Source: an uncultured Chloroflexia bacterium (GTDB lineage: Bacteria; Chloroflexota; Anaerolineae; JAAYZQ01). Taken from it: DNA of 64,000 nucleotides. Position 1 is the first letter of the stretch; each line of letters opens with the position of its first letter. The stretch is taken from contig CAVOXA010000001.1 in assembly GCA_963700285.1 (NCBI GenBank), positions 128,001 to 192,000 on the forward strand, written 5' to 3'. Below the pieces are notes generated by a model. That model made no database searches. It was not told the origin of the DNA and saw only the letters and a list, made by a program, of their open reading frames with translations. Positions 53,581-64,000 of the stretch are shown in pieces. Both the position numbers and the translations under genes were made by a program.

Positions 53581-54819
53581 ATGAAAAAACTCGTAGGACA
53601 GCTCAAAGCCGGCTACAAGGCGCTACAGCTCGAAGCGCAGGAACAGGGTATTGTCGTGTACAGCGGTCAGGAGCCTGGTACAAAGCAGACTGTAGCCATC
53701 AAGGTCTTGCCCCATCTATTGGGCAGTGATCCGCAGATTGCCGCCCGCTTCCGGGATCTGGCCCAGGGCATCCGCCAGCTCAATCACCCCAACATCACGT
53801 CCATCCACAAAGTAGGCGAAGAGTCGGGCCTGCCCTATCTCGTCACCCGGGCGCTGGAAAAGGGTCACTCCCTGGCCACCAGATTGGACCAACCCTGGGC
53901 CGTCGACGCAGCCGCTGACGTTGTGATGCAGGTGGGCCAGGCACTCGATCACGCCTACCGCAAGGGCGTCACCCACGGATCGCTCTCACCGGAAAAGATT
54001 GTGGTGCAGGATGATGGCCGGGTGCAGGTTGACGATCTTGGCCTGGCTGAACTGCAGAGGCTCGTGGGCGCGCAGATCGACGAGCCGGTATCTCCGTACC
54101 TGGCTCCAGAACGCGCTGCTGGCCAGGCGCCCGATGCTCAGGGCGACGTTTATGCCCTCGGCGCAGTACTCTATAACCTGCTTGCCAAGCGGAATCCCCA
54201 GGTGGTCCAGGGACAGGTCCTGCCTCCCAGCCGCTTCAATTCCGAGGTTCCACCTGCGATGGACGCCGTGGTTGTCAAAGCCCTGGCTAGCGACCCTCAG
54301 GCGCGCTATCCCGATGCCAGGTCATTTCTGGCTGCATTGGGGGCGGTTACACTGGCGCCAATGGTCAAGCCTCGGGCCTCAGGGAAAAGCGCCCCCTGTC
54401 CCCAGTGCGGAGCCGAGGGCCAGACCGGTCGCTACTGCCGCAAGTGCGGCGCTCAGTTGGAACAAGCGGGCTCGATCCTGGACGAACCAATCCAGATCAC
54501 CAAAATCGACGTAGGACACGTGGAGGTGGGCAAGGGAGTAGAAATGCACCCGGAGATCATTGCTCACCCGATGCCCGTTGCCAGTGGCGGTCTCACTGAC
54601 CTGTTTCCGAAGCCATTGGAGATGCCCGAATTGGACTATACCAGTCTGTGGCCAACCACGAGTGGCCAGGGCCAGGAACCCAAAGAGCAAGGTTCGTCGG
54701 GAGATACTGCATCCGTGATTGCCATGCCGGAGCCACCAGCCATGCCTATCATCGACTGGGCCGAAGTTGCCCCGCCCATGCCCGACGTACCCGTCATCGA
54801 GGATGGGGGGATAGGCTAG
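53581..54819 (+). CDS. Hanks-type Ser/Thr kinase-like protein (probable pseudokinase) with a zinc ribbon and Pro-rich tail
   Basis: VAIK, LNHPNI, YLAPE, DVYALG retained; catalytic loop reads HGSLSPEK; CPQC..CRKC. Confidence 0.8.
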   Translation: MKKLVGQLKAGYKALQLEAQEQGIVVYSGQEPGTKQTVAIKVLPHLLGSDPQIAARFRDLAQGIRQLNHPNITSIHKVGEESGLPYLVTRALEKGHSLATRLDQPWAVDAAADVVMQVGQALDHAYRKGVTHGSLSPEKIVVQDDGRVQVDDLGLAELQRLVGAQIDEPVSPYLAPERAAGQAPDAQGDVYALGAVLYNLLAKRNPQVVQGQVLPPSRFNSEVPPAMDAVVVKALASDPQARYPDARSFLAALGAVTLAPMVKPRASGKSAPCPQCGAEGQTGRYCRKCGAQLEQAGSILDEPIQITKIDVGHVEVGKGVEMHPEIIAHPMPVASGGLTDLFPKPLEMPELDYTSLWPTTSGQGQEPKEQGSSGDTASVIAMPEPPAMPIIDWAEVAPPMPDVPVIEDGGIG

Positions 54820-54896
54820 GGTACTGGGAATAAGCCTCCAACGGGGCAATTGTGGTATACTAGCCTGGCCGGGAGTGTCAGATCGGAGAATATACC

Positions 54897-55535
54897 ATGG
54901 AGATTACCTGGTACGGCCATGCCTGTTTTCGTTTGAGCGAGCGCAATATCGTTGCTGTCACCGACCCATTTCATGAGGATCTGGGCCTTACCCGCCCCCG
55001 CATTCGCGCCGACCTTGTGACCGTCAGCCACGATCATCCCGGGCATGACAATCGGATCGGCTTTCGCGGCGGGCCCCGGTTTTTTGATGGGCCGGGGGAG
55101 TACGAGGTCAAGGGCGTGTTTGTCACCGGCATTGCAACCTATCATGACGGGCGCAGCGGTGCGACACGGGGAGGCAATATCGTATTCCTCTTTGATTTCA
55201 ACGGCCTGACCGTCTGTCACCTGGGTGATTTGGGCCACGTGCCGACCCAATCACAGGTTGAGGCCCTGAGCGATGTGGACGTACTGCTGATCCCTGTGGG
55301 TGGGGTACACACCATCGACGCTCCAATGGCGACGGAGGTGATCAGCCTCATTGAACCAAAGCTCGTGATTCCTATGCACTACAAAACACCCGAAGAGAAA
55401 GCCCGGCTGCACACGGTGACCGGGTTCTTCAAGGCGATGGGATTGGCCCCTATTTCCCCCGTGCCAGAGCTAAGAGTCACCAGATCCTCACTACCAACTG
55501 AAACGCAGATAGTCCTACTCGATCACAAACATTGA
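54897..55535 (+). CDS. MBL-fold metallo-hydrolase (lactamase_B_3-like)
   Basis: ITWYGHACF, TDPF, SHDHPGH, HLGDLGH, IPVGG, IPMHY. Confidence 0.85.
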   Translation: MEITWYGHACFRLSERNIVAVTDPFHEDLGLTRPRIRADLVTVSHDHPGHDNRIGFRGGPRFFDGPGEYEVKGVFVTGIATYHDGRSGATRGGNIVFLFDFNGLTVCHLGDLGHVPTQSQVEALSDVDVLLIPVGGVHTIDAPMATEVISLIEPKLVIPMHYKTPEEKARLHTVTGFFKAMGLAPISPVPELRVTRSSLPTETQIVLLDHKH

Positions 55536-55574
55536 GAATGTTGCTAGGGTGAATTCAGGACCAGCGGGTCGCCC

Positions 55575-56953
55575 CTAGGACACGAGTGAGGCGCCATCCA
55601 AGCCCGCCGGGTGCGACACGTCCATCAGATCCAGGATGGTGGGCATCACGTTCAGCACCGAGAAGCGCGTCTGTGGGATCTGGCGTCCGCCCACGTAGAG
55701 CATGGCGTCGTCAAAGGTGTGCATGCCCACCAACTCGTCACCCTTGTAGGTGAGCGTCTCTTTGTAGAGCGGACCCTTGGGATCGTAGCCGTCGTAGGGA
55801 GCCAGGATCAGATCGGCCGCCTGCTCCAAGATAGGGGCCGTGGTACAGCTCCTCGCGCTTGAAGACGGCCTGAAAGATCGGCTCGCCGCTGTCGGGATCG
55901 CGCAGCTCCAGGGCAGCGGCGGCTATCTCGTCGCGAAGCGCTTCGTACTCGGCGCCCGGCGCCACACAGCCCTCCTTCTCCCGGCCCTGCACGCGGATGA
56001 CCACCCGACCCGGATCCAGGCTGTAGGCCACAGAGCTGGGATCGATCTCGTCCAGCCCCTTTTTGCGGTCGGGCGGCACGTTGCGCAGCTTGAGCCAGCC
56101 ATGGTCCATCAGCCAGCGATTGACGTAGACCTCTTTCTTGATGGTGCAAAAGCCATGGTCGGCCATCCACATCAGGGTCGTGCTGTCGTCCAGCTTGGCG
56201 GCCAGCTTGGCCCAGCATGTCGTCGATGCGCCGGTAAAAATCGTAGAAGGCCGGTGCATAGATAGGGTCGTCCTCGTCCATCTGCTGCCAGAGAAAGTGG
56301 TGCAGGCGGTCGGTCTCCATGACGTGGACGTGCAGATAATCCCATTCCTCATTGTCGAACAGGTGGAACAGGGTGCGGATGCGGGCATCCAGCGCGGCGT
56401 TGACCTCTTGCAGCGCCAGGTCCTTCGACTCGCGGGCCTTCCAGGGATCGGCGTCCACGATGTAGCCCAGCGACTTGAGGGTCGGCAGATAGGAGGCGGG
56501 ATAGACGGCCTTGTCCAGGCTGGGGCTGAGAAAGCCGCCCACCAGGATGCCGTTGACCTGGCGGGGCGGATAGGTGACCGGCACGTTGACGACGACCACC
56601 CGCTTGCCGGCGTCGCTCAGCACCTCCCACAGGGTCTTGGCCTTCATGTGGCGCGAGGTGGGGATGAACTGCTTGTAGGTGGCCGGATCGCGGTCGATGA
56701 AGCCAAAGATGTTGTGCTTGGCCGGGTTGACGCCGGTCATCATCGTGCTCCAGGCCACCGACGACACCCAGGGCCACATCGAGTCCATGCGCAGCAGGCT
56801 GCCCTGCTCGGCCAGCCGGGCAGCATTGGGCGCCCGGCCCTCGGCGATCAGGCGCTGCAGAAAGGTATAGGGCGTGCCGTCCAGGCCGATAAAGACGACT
56901 CGCTGCGGCTTTGCCTTTTCCCTTGCCGACGCAGTTTGCCAAACAAGTCCCAT
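55575..56953 (-). CDS. Alkaline-phosphatase-superfamily (phosphodiesterase/NPP-like) protein; frameshifts near 56212 and 55828
   Basis: IGLDGTP, PWVSSVAWSTMMTGVNPAKH, TDRLHH, ADHGF, GMH, VMPTILDL spread over three frames. Confidence 0.82.
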
Positions 56954-56999
56954 TTCTGGACCGCCTTTCTATCCGCTTTGTACTACCGATCCATACGGA

Positions 57000-57612
57000 C
57001 TACAGATAGCCCAGCGCCGCCAGCCGCGCCTCGATCTCTGCCTCTTCGTCGGCGGTGTAGGCGTCGTTCTCCTCCGCGGCAGGGGCACGTAGCCCAGCTC
57101 TTCCAGCTTGCGTCAGGATCTTGGCCAGGCTCTCCTCGATGCGTCTCGGTGCTGGAGTCGATGGTCACGTCCGGGTTCTCCGGCGCCTCGTAGGGATCCG
57201 AGATGCCGGTAAAGTTCTTGATCTCACCGGCAAGGGCCTTCTTGTACAGCCCCTTGACATCTCGCTCGATGAGCGTCTCCAGCGGCGCGTAGCAATAGAC
57301 CTCGACAAAATTGCCGACCTCTTCGCGCACCTTGGCCCGCACCGCGCGGTAGGGCGAGATAAAGGAGCAGAGCACGGCCACGCCGTTGCGCGTCAGCAGC
57401 TTGGCCACAAAGGTGACCCGCTCGATGTTCTTGTCGCGATCCTCTTTGGAGAAGCCCAGGTCGCGGGTCAGGCTCTGGCGCACGATGTCGCCGTCCAGCC
57501 GCTCGACCTTGAGGCCGCGCTTTCGCAGTTCTTCTTCCAAAGGGATGGCCAGGGCGGTCTTGCCCGCGCCCGACATTCCCGTAAACCAGATGGTTACACC
57601 TTTTTGTTCCAT
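57000..57612 (-). CDS. cysC: Adenylyl-sulfate kinase; C-terminus frameshifted
   Basis: WFTGMSGAGKT, LDGDIVR, LGFSKEDR, RDVKGLYKKA, FTGISDPYE; reconstructed end ...RLAALGYL* at 57000. Confidence 0.9.
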
Positions 57613-57688
57613 GGTATTGTCTCCTTGTCATGCATCTCGCGCACTGCAAAGTGCTGTATGCGTGAGTCGCGTTGCGCGCTAGCGTGCT

Positions 57689-59076
57689 CTAGCTGGCAAA
57701 CGATTGTCCCTGCATATCTGCCGGAGACCGGCACGCCCATCAGATCCAGGATCGTCGGGGCCACGTCCATCAGGTGGCGCCTGGGACCAGCGCCCTGGCC
57801 CTGGCGTCCTGGGGTCGTAGAAGATGTACAGCCCCTCCTGGGCATGGTTGGCGTCGTCGGGGCCGGTGTCGTTCTCAAAGGTATGGATGCTGTTCAAGCC
57901 CCAGGCTGCCCACCGACCGCCAGCCCAGGTCCCCAAAATAGACGATCAGGTCGGGGGCGATGTTGTTGACCTGTCTGATAGATCTCTTCCGGCTTGTAGG
58001 CCACCGAGCCGATGTTGTTGCCCTCTGGGTCGGTGATGGCCGCGATCCGCTCCGCCAGCTCGTCCCGGACCTTCTCATAGTCGGCGGGATCGATGACGCC
58101 CTCGGGCTCGCGGCCCTTGACGTTCAGGAAGAGCCGGGCATAGTAGCCGCCCGACCCCCAGGCCATCGTCCGGCCCCAGTCCACCTCGCATTTTTCCAGG
58201 GGGACGATGCCCTCCGGCTGGTACTCCAGCACCAGGTAGCCCTCCTGCTTCAGCCATTCGTTGAAGCAGATGCCGCCCATCATCGGCTTGGCCGCCGTGG
58301 TCCGAGACGACCAGCACCACCGTGTCGTCGTCCAGCAGAGCCAGCCGCTCGCCAATCTGGCGGTCGAGGTGGATATAGTAGTCGCGGATGGCATTTTCGT
58401 AGGGGTTGCCCGGCTCGTACAGGGGGTGGCGCTCGTCAAAGTACTTCCAGAAGCCATGGTGGATGCGATCCACGCCCATGTCCACGTGCATGAAAAAGTC
58501 CCAGGGCTTGGTCGTCATCAGGTGCTTGACCAGCTGGTGGTGCTGATCGGCCAGCTCGTAGATCTGCTCCAGCAGGTGGTCCTTGTTCTCGGTGCGGAAC
58601 TGGGGCACGTCGAACATGTATTCGCCACCCACCAGGCCCTGCGATCTCGTGCTTGAGTGCTGCCGGGTAGGTGTACTGGCTGTGGGTGCTGGGCGTCAGA
58701 AAGCTGGAGATCATGCAGCCGTTGACCGGCTTGACCGGGATAGGTCTGGGGCACGCCTGCCACGACCACCTTCTTGCCCGCCCGCGACAGGATATCCCAC
58801 ACCCGGTCGGCCTTGACCGATCGCGACGTGGCGATGGTCATCCGCTCGTAGCTATGGTCGGCCCGGTTGCGAAAGCCGTAGAAGCCAAGCTGGCCGGGGT
58901 CCTTGCTGCTGAGCATCGAAGCCCAGGCCGGCACGGTGATGGCCGGGATGGTGCTGGTCAGCTCGCCATAGGTGCCGCCCTCCATCAAGCGGCTGCAGGT
59001 TGGGCAGATGCTCGCCGCCAGCGGTCAAAGACCAGCGTCGGCTCGGCGCAGTCCAGCCCGATGACAAAGACCTTGG

Positions 59077-59080
<4 letters not shown>
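57689..59080 (-). CDS. Second alkaline-phosphatase-superfamily protein; several frameshifts
   Basis: MTKVFVIGLDCAEP, STIPAITVPAW, DRIHHGFW, VSDHG, GGYYARLFLNV, NDTGPDDANH, DVAPTIL across frames. Confidence 0.82.
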
Positions 59081-60277
<1,197 letters not shown>

Positions 60278-60372
60278 GAATTCTCTCCTTGTGATTGCTA
60301 TGGCTCTGCAGCACCAGTTCGAGCCAAAATAAAAGCATGAACCGCATGACCGGGCCGGATTCATGCCGGGGG

Positions 60373-60401
60373 ATTCTAACAAAAAGGAGTGCCTTTGTCA
60401 A
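60373..60401 (-). promoter_or_regulatory. Promoter of the sat operon
   Basis: TTGACA-17 bp-TAGAAT on the minus strand. Confidence 0.7.
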
Positions 60402-60402
60402 T

Positions 60403-61780
60403 TCAGTGGACGATGCGCATGGGGTATTGGGGCCTGAATTCATCGATGATCACACGCAATGTGCTGGATACCCTGTCTCAGATCTTCCAGGCGGATGTTC
60501 TCGTTGGGCGAGTGCCCCCGCGATCCGGTCCAGCCGACTCCCGCCCCGGCGGCCGGCAGGCCCCAGCGCTGGCAGAGTTCGTACATCGGCCCGGTGCCAG
60601 CCATGAGCGGCTTGACCACCGGCTCGTTGCCGTAGGCACGGCTGCGGCCGAGTCGACCACGGCCTCCACCAGCGGATCGCCGGGGTCGGTGCGGGCCGGA
60701 AACTCGGGGCCTTCGACCTCGATCTCGACGTCGGCAAAGCCTTCGTCGTCCAGGTGGGCGCGCAGTTTGTCCAAGATGTCGTACGGATCCTGGTCGGGCA
60801 CCAGGCGAAAGTCGAGCTTGGCCAACGCTTCCGCGGGCAGCACGGTCTTGACACCGGGACCACCGTAGCCGGTGTGAAAGCCACAGATGTTGCAGGTCGG
60901 CTGGAAGAGGAACTTTTCCTTCAGCGCCTCGCCGCTCAGTCCGAGCACAAACTGGTCCGCGCCAAACTCGGCCAGTTCGCCCGCCTCGTCAAAGTCCCAG
61001 GCGGCGAGCATGGCCCGATCGCGGTCGTCGGGCGGGCGCACGTCGTCGTAGAAGCCGGGGATGCAGGATCCGCTCGTCCGGGCCCTTGAGGCTGTTCAGC
61101 GCCCAGATCAGGCGCCAGGCCGGGCTCTCGACGATGGCCGCGTTGGCCGAGTGCAGGTCACGATTAGCGTCCGCGACACGCAGGTCCACGGCCAGGATGC
61201 CCTTGACCCCCAGCGAGATCTCGCAGCCGGTCCTTGGTGTCCTTGTAGCCCGACTCCCAGATGCAGCCATCGGGCCGCAGCTTGTCGCGATGTTCTCCTC
61301 GGCAAAGCGGCCCAGGTTGGGGCTGCCGATCTCTTCCTCACCCTCGACGACAAAGAGGACGTTGAGGGGCAGCTCGCCGCGCACCGCCAGCCAGGCCTCG
61401 ACCGCCGCCAGCCGGGCGACCAGGTTGCCCTTGTTGTCGGCCACACCCCGGGCGTAGAGGTGCCCGTCGCGGATCTCGGCGGCGAAGGGTGGGCTGTCCC
61501 ACAGATCCAGCGGCTCGGGCGGCTGGACGTCGTAGTGGTTGTAGAACATCAGCGTCTTGGATCCGGCACCCGCAAAAGCGCCCCACTGACGACGGGATAG
61601 CCGGCCTGGGCACCAACTCGACCGCGGCGCCGGCCTGCGGCCAGCGTGCACACGCACCAATTCGGCCATCTCGGCCATGCCCACTCCCTGGGCGGCGATG
61701 CTCGGCTGGCGGCAGAAGGCCTGCAGCCGGGCGATGGTGTCCTCCATGTGGCTCTCGATGTAGGCCAAGACGTCGTCCAT
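60403..61780 (-). CDS. M20 family metallopeptidase (ArgE/DapE-like); several frameshifts
   Basis: YNHYDVQP, ARGVADNKG, EGEEEIGS, DLHS, KTVLP, HSPNENIRL; 3' end reconstructed and approximate. Confidence 0.85.
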
Positions 61781-61861
61781 GAGCCCCTCCCGTGTGTTTG
61801 CGCCCATTGTAATCCAGCTACCAGCAAAAGTCAACGAAAGGCGTATTTCCGAACTCCATTC

Positions 61862-61928
61862 TGCACCCATTTGCACCCCAAATTGCACCCCTGGGACGGT
61901 AGCGCCCTGCGTGAAACTATGGTATACT
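61862..61928 (+). promoter_or_regulatory. Promoter with triple TGCACCC repeats (copy 1)
   Basis: TGCACCC at 61862, 61872, 61884; TATACT at 61923. Confidence 0.6.
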
Positions 61929-62100
61929 GGTTACGATGAAGATACTGTCTGCGGGCACTCTGACCTTCGATGGCCCAGCTAGATGCCAGATTGATGTACG
62001 AAGGCCGGTCAATTCTAGATTCTCTATCAGAACCATCTGCCGGCGCCTTCGGCAGAGCCCTCAACCAGAAAGAACCGAAAGAACACAGGGGAGGAATTCG

Positions 62101-62346
62101 ATGGCTGTCCATCAGGTTGAGAACCGGTCGAAACAGGCGAAAGTGGACACCTCTGTGTGGGACTTGGACAAGATGGCTGGTGAGCTTTGGCAGGATTTCC
62201 AGGGGACGGTAAGCCTGCAAATGATCCGGCAGGTACTCACCAGTGTCTCGTTGAGGTATCAGGAGGCGCGCGTCCAGACCTATGTGCCCATCTTTGTGCG
62301 CCAGCGTGCGGTGGACATCCTGCGCCGGGAGATGGACGAATACTGA
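62101..62346 (+). CDS. Small three-helix-bundle (DUF3562-like) protein
   Basis: GGAGG RBS; RYQEARVQTYVPIFVRQRA motif. Confidence 0.7.
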   Translation: MAVHQVENRSKQAKVDTSVWDLDKMAGELWQDFQGTVSLQMIRQVLTSVSLRYQEARVQTYVPIFVRQRAVDILRREMDEY

Positions 62347-62520
62347 GCGATTGGCACGCAAAGCGCTCGACTATACACAGGAGCTGCGTCAGTGCCGAAC
62401 TGTCGGTCAAGGATCAAGACGACACCGTGTCGGCAGTGGACACGCGCGAATTCGCCCCCAAGAGGAGATGCGTGCTGGCGGGGGCGTGGCCCCGGTCAGT
62501 GGCCGGCTCGATGGCCGGCC
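62346..62520 (+). pseudogene. DUF1269-like gene remnant (copy 1, internal 23-bp deletion)
   Basis: RLARKALDYTQEL.../VKDQDDTVSAVDTRE; nucleotide similarity to 63728-63833. Confidence 0.5.
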
Positions 62521-62693
62521 AGGAGGGGTTCGCCATCCAGCAGACGCCGACCGCCACGTTGGTTGAGGACTTGGGCGCCAGCGGAGACGACGAGTTGCCG
62601 TCGTTGGCACGCCAGATGGGAGTCTGCCGGGCCTAGTTGTCAAGGGAAGATGCGTTGGCATCTTCCCTTCATAGAATACGAGGAGGGATGCTC

Positions 62694-63608
62694 ATGACAA
62701 AACAAACGTGGCGTTCAATGTGGTTGATCTTTGTGGTCGCCGTACTGCTCGCGCTGGCTGCGGGCTGCGGGATGTCCGAGCCGGAACCGACTCCCGGCCC
62801 GGTCGAGGCCGGAGCAACGGCGGTAGGTGCAGTGGAGGAGCTCGTGGCCGCCTATCCGCTTGCCGCTACTGCGTGGGACTTGGACTACTTTGGCCCGCCA
62901 GAACAGCCCTTGCCCATACTCCCGGATACACGGGCGACGGTGATCTATTTCTGGGAGCGCTATGCCGGCTTTGACGGCTGCAACTGGTTTCTGGGCGTCT
63001 ACGAGGCGACCGCCGAGGGCGAACTGCGCAACATGACGCCGGCGCGCACGCTCAATCTGTGTGGGCCTGAGGAACTCTACCAGCAGACGGGGATGTTTGT
63101 CTCGAGTCTGCTGAACGTGACCGAATACCAGCTCGAGGGCGAGCAACTGATCCAGAATACCACGGACGACCAGCGGCTCCTCACCCTCAATCCGGCAAAG
63201 CCCGTGCCGATGCCGGGTACGGAGTGGGGACTCGGGTTCTGGTGGCAGGCAGACCGTGAGCAGTGGGCTCCCGTCGTTCCCACCTCGAGGACGACCATTA
63301 CCTTTGGCGAGGGCGGGGAAGCGTCCGGCTCCGGCGGCTGTAACAACTATACGGTGAGCTATGAAGGGGATCTCCAGGTCGAGAAGGTGATGGAAGCAAC
63401 CGACACCTATGCCGAACTGCCCACGTTAACCTTCGGGCCGGTTGCCACACAAATGGTCGCATGCGCCGAACCTGAAGGCATCATGGACCAGGAGCAGGGC
63501 TACTTCACAGTGCTTACCTCGGTCGCCTACTACTTTAAGCTGGGCGGCATGCTGATGATGCTGGACGCCGAAGGCGCTCCTTTGTTGGTGTTTGGCGCCT
63601 ATAACTGA
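62694..63608 (+). CDS. Lipoprotein with two META (HslJ-like) domains
   Basis: Lipobox LAAGC; GFDGCN and GSGGCNNY motifs; TQMVAC..PEGIMDQEQ. Confidence 0.85.
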   Translation: MTKQTWRSMWLIFVVAVLLALAAGCGMSEPEPTPGPVEAGATAVGAVEELVAAYPLAATAWDLDYFGPPEQPLPILPDTRATVIYFWERYAGFDGCNWFLGVYEATAEGELRNMTPARTLNLCGPEELYQQTGMFVSSLLNVTEYQLEGEQLIQNTTDDQRLLTLNPAKPVPMPGTEWGLGFWWQADREQWAPVVPTSRTTITFGEGGEASGSGGCNNYTVSYEGDLQVEKVMEATDTYAELPTLTFGPVATQMVACAEPEGIMDQEQGYFTVLTSVAYYFKLGGMLMMLDAEGAPLLVFGAYN

Positions 63609-63727
63609 TCACGGCCATGGGGTACCCTTCGGGCGATGAGCGCGTTTGCCAGGGAGTCCCTTCTTCCTGGCGCGCGTCTCTCGCCGTGCTGTCTCTACCA
63701 GGGGACGGCCAAGGCGGGCGTGGAACC

Positions 63728-63833
63728 AGCGATTGGCGCGCAAAGCGCTGGACCAGGCACAGGATCTGCACCAGCGCGGCACTGTCAAGCTCTTCAACGC
63801 TGCCCTGTTGGTCAAAGACCGGGACGGCACCGT
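63728..63833 (+). pseudogene. DUF1269-like gene remnant (copy 2)
   Basis: RLARKALDQAQDLHQRGTVKLFNAALLVKDRDGT with no start context or continuation. Confidence 0.5.
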
Positions 63834-63838
63834 TGTTC

Positions 63839-63905
63839 TACACCCTTTTGCACCCAGAATTGCACCCCCTCGGGGCTATCGCTCCCAGCGCAACCGAGTT
63901 ATCAT
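63839..63905 (+). promoter_or_regulatory. Promoter with triple T(G/A)CACCC repeats (copy 2)
   Basis: Repeats at 63839, 63849, 63861; TATCAT at 63900; same 10/12/39 spacing as copy 1. Confidence 0.6.
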
Positions 63906-63964
63906 GTGGAGGATGGAGGATCCCGACCGTATGAGCCTGGAAAGACGTAGCCCGAGGTGAACCC

Positions 63965-64000
63965 ATGTTTGGTGTCAATTCCGAGGTTGGCCAACTGCGC
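63965..64000 (+). CDS. N-terminus of an arginine-deiminase-family protein (cut by the window edge)
   Basis: GAGGTG RBS then MFGVNSEVGQLR, matching the ArcA N-terminal GV.SE.G.LR motif; only 12 codons visible. Confidence 0.6.
   Translation, partial: MFGVNSEVGQLR

Overview
Chromosomal window from a high-GC bacterium; the gene content and the RpoB, Rho and GatB style suggest Chloroflexota, probably Anaerolineae (inference). Housekeeping and metabolic genes include a stand-alone rpoB, rho, gatB, tRNA-Pro(UGG), gdhA, iorAB, mgtE, corA, radC, a TrmH methyltransferase, PlsC and three LysM proteins. No CRISPR array, prophage or intact IS element was seen. Leading candidates for undescribed systems: (1) a minus-strand operon of pspA, a solute-binding protein (SBP), an SBP-VWA fusion, a 2-TM coiled-coil protein and a LivJ-like lipoprotein, preceded by an ATPase/OmpR-winged-helix regulator and three 11-bp-spaced GTCA boxes over the pspA promoter; (2) a divergent type IIA topoisomerase pair with a LexA-type box inside a perfect consensus promoter and both quinolone-bridging residues replaced; (3) sat and cysC interleaved with two alkaline-phosphatase-superfamily genes and no reductase; (4) an orphan Zn-ribbon GlmL-like ATPase with a partner gene; (5) two promoters with an identical triple-TGCACCC architecture, one preceding an arginine-deiminase-like start; (6) a candidate leader-peptide attenuator for mgtE. 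The 55.6-61.8 kb block is full of single-base frameshifts, most likely consensus errors. All family assignments come from motif recognition only; no searches were run.
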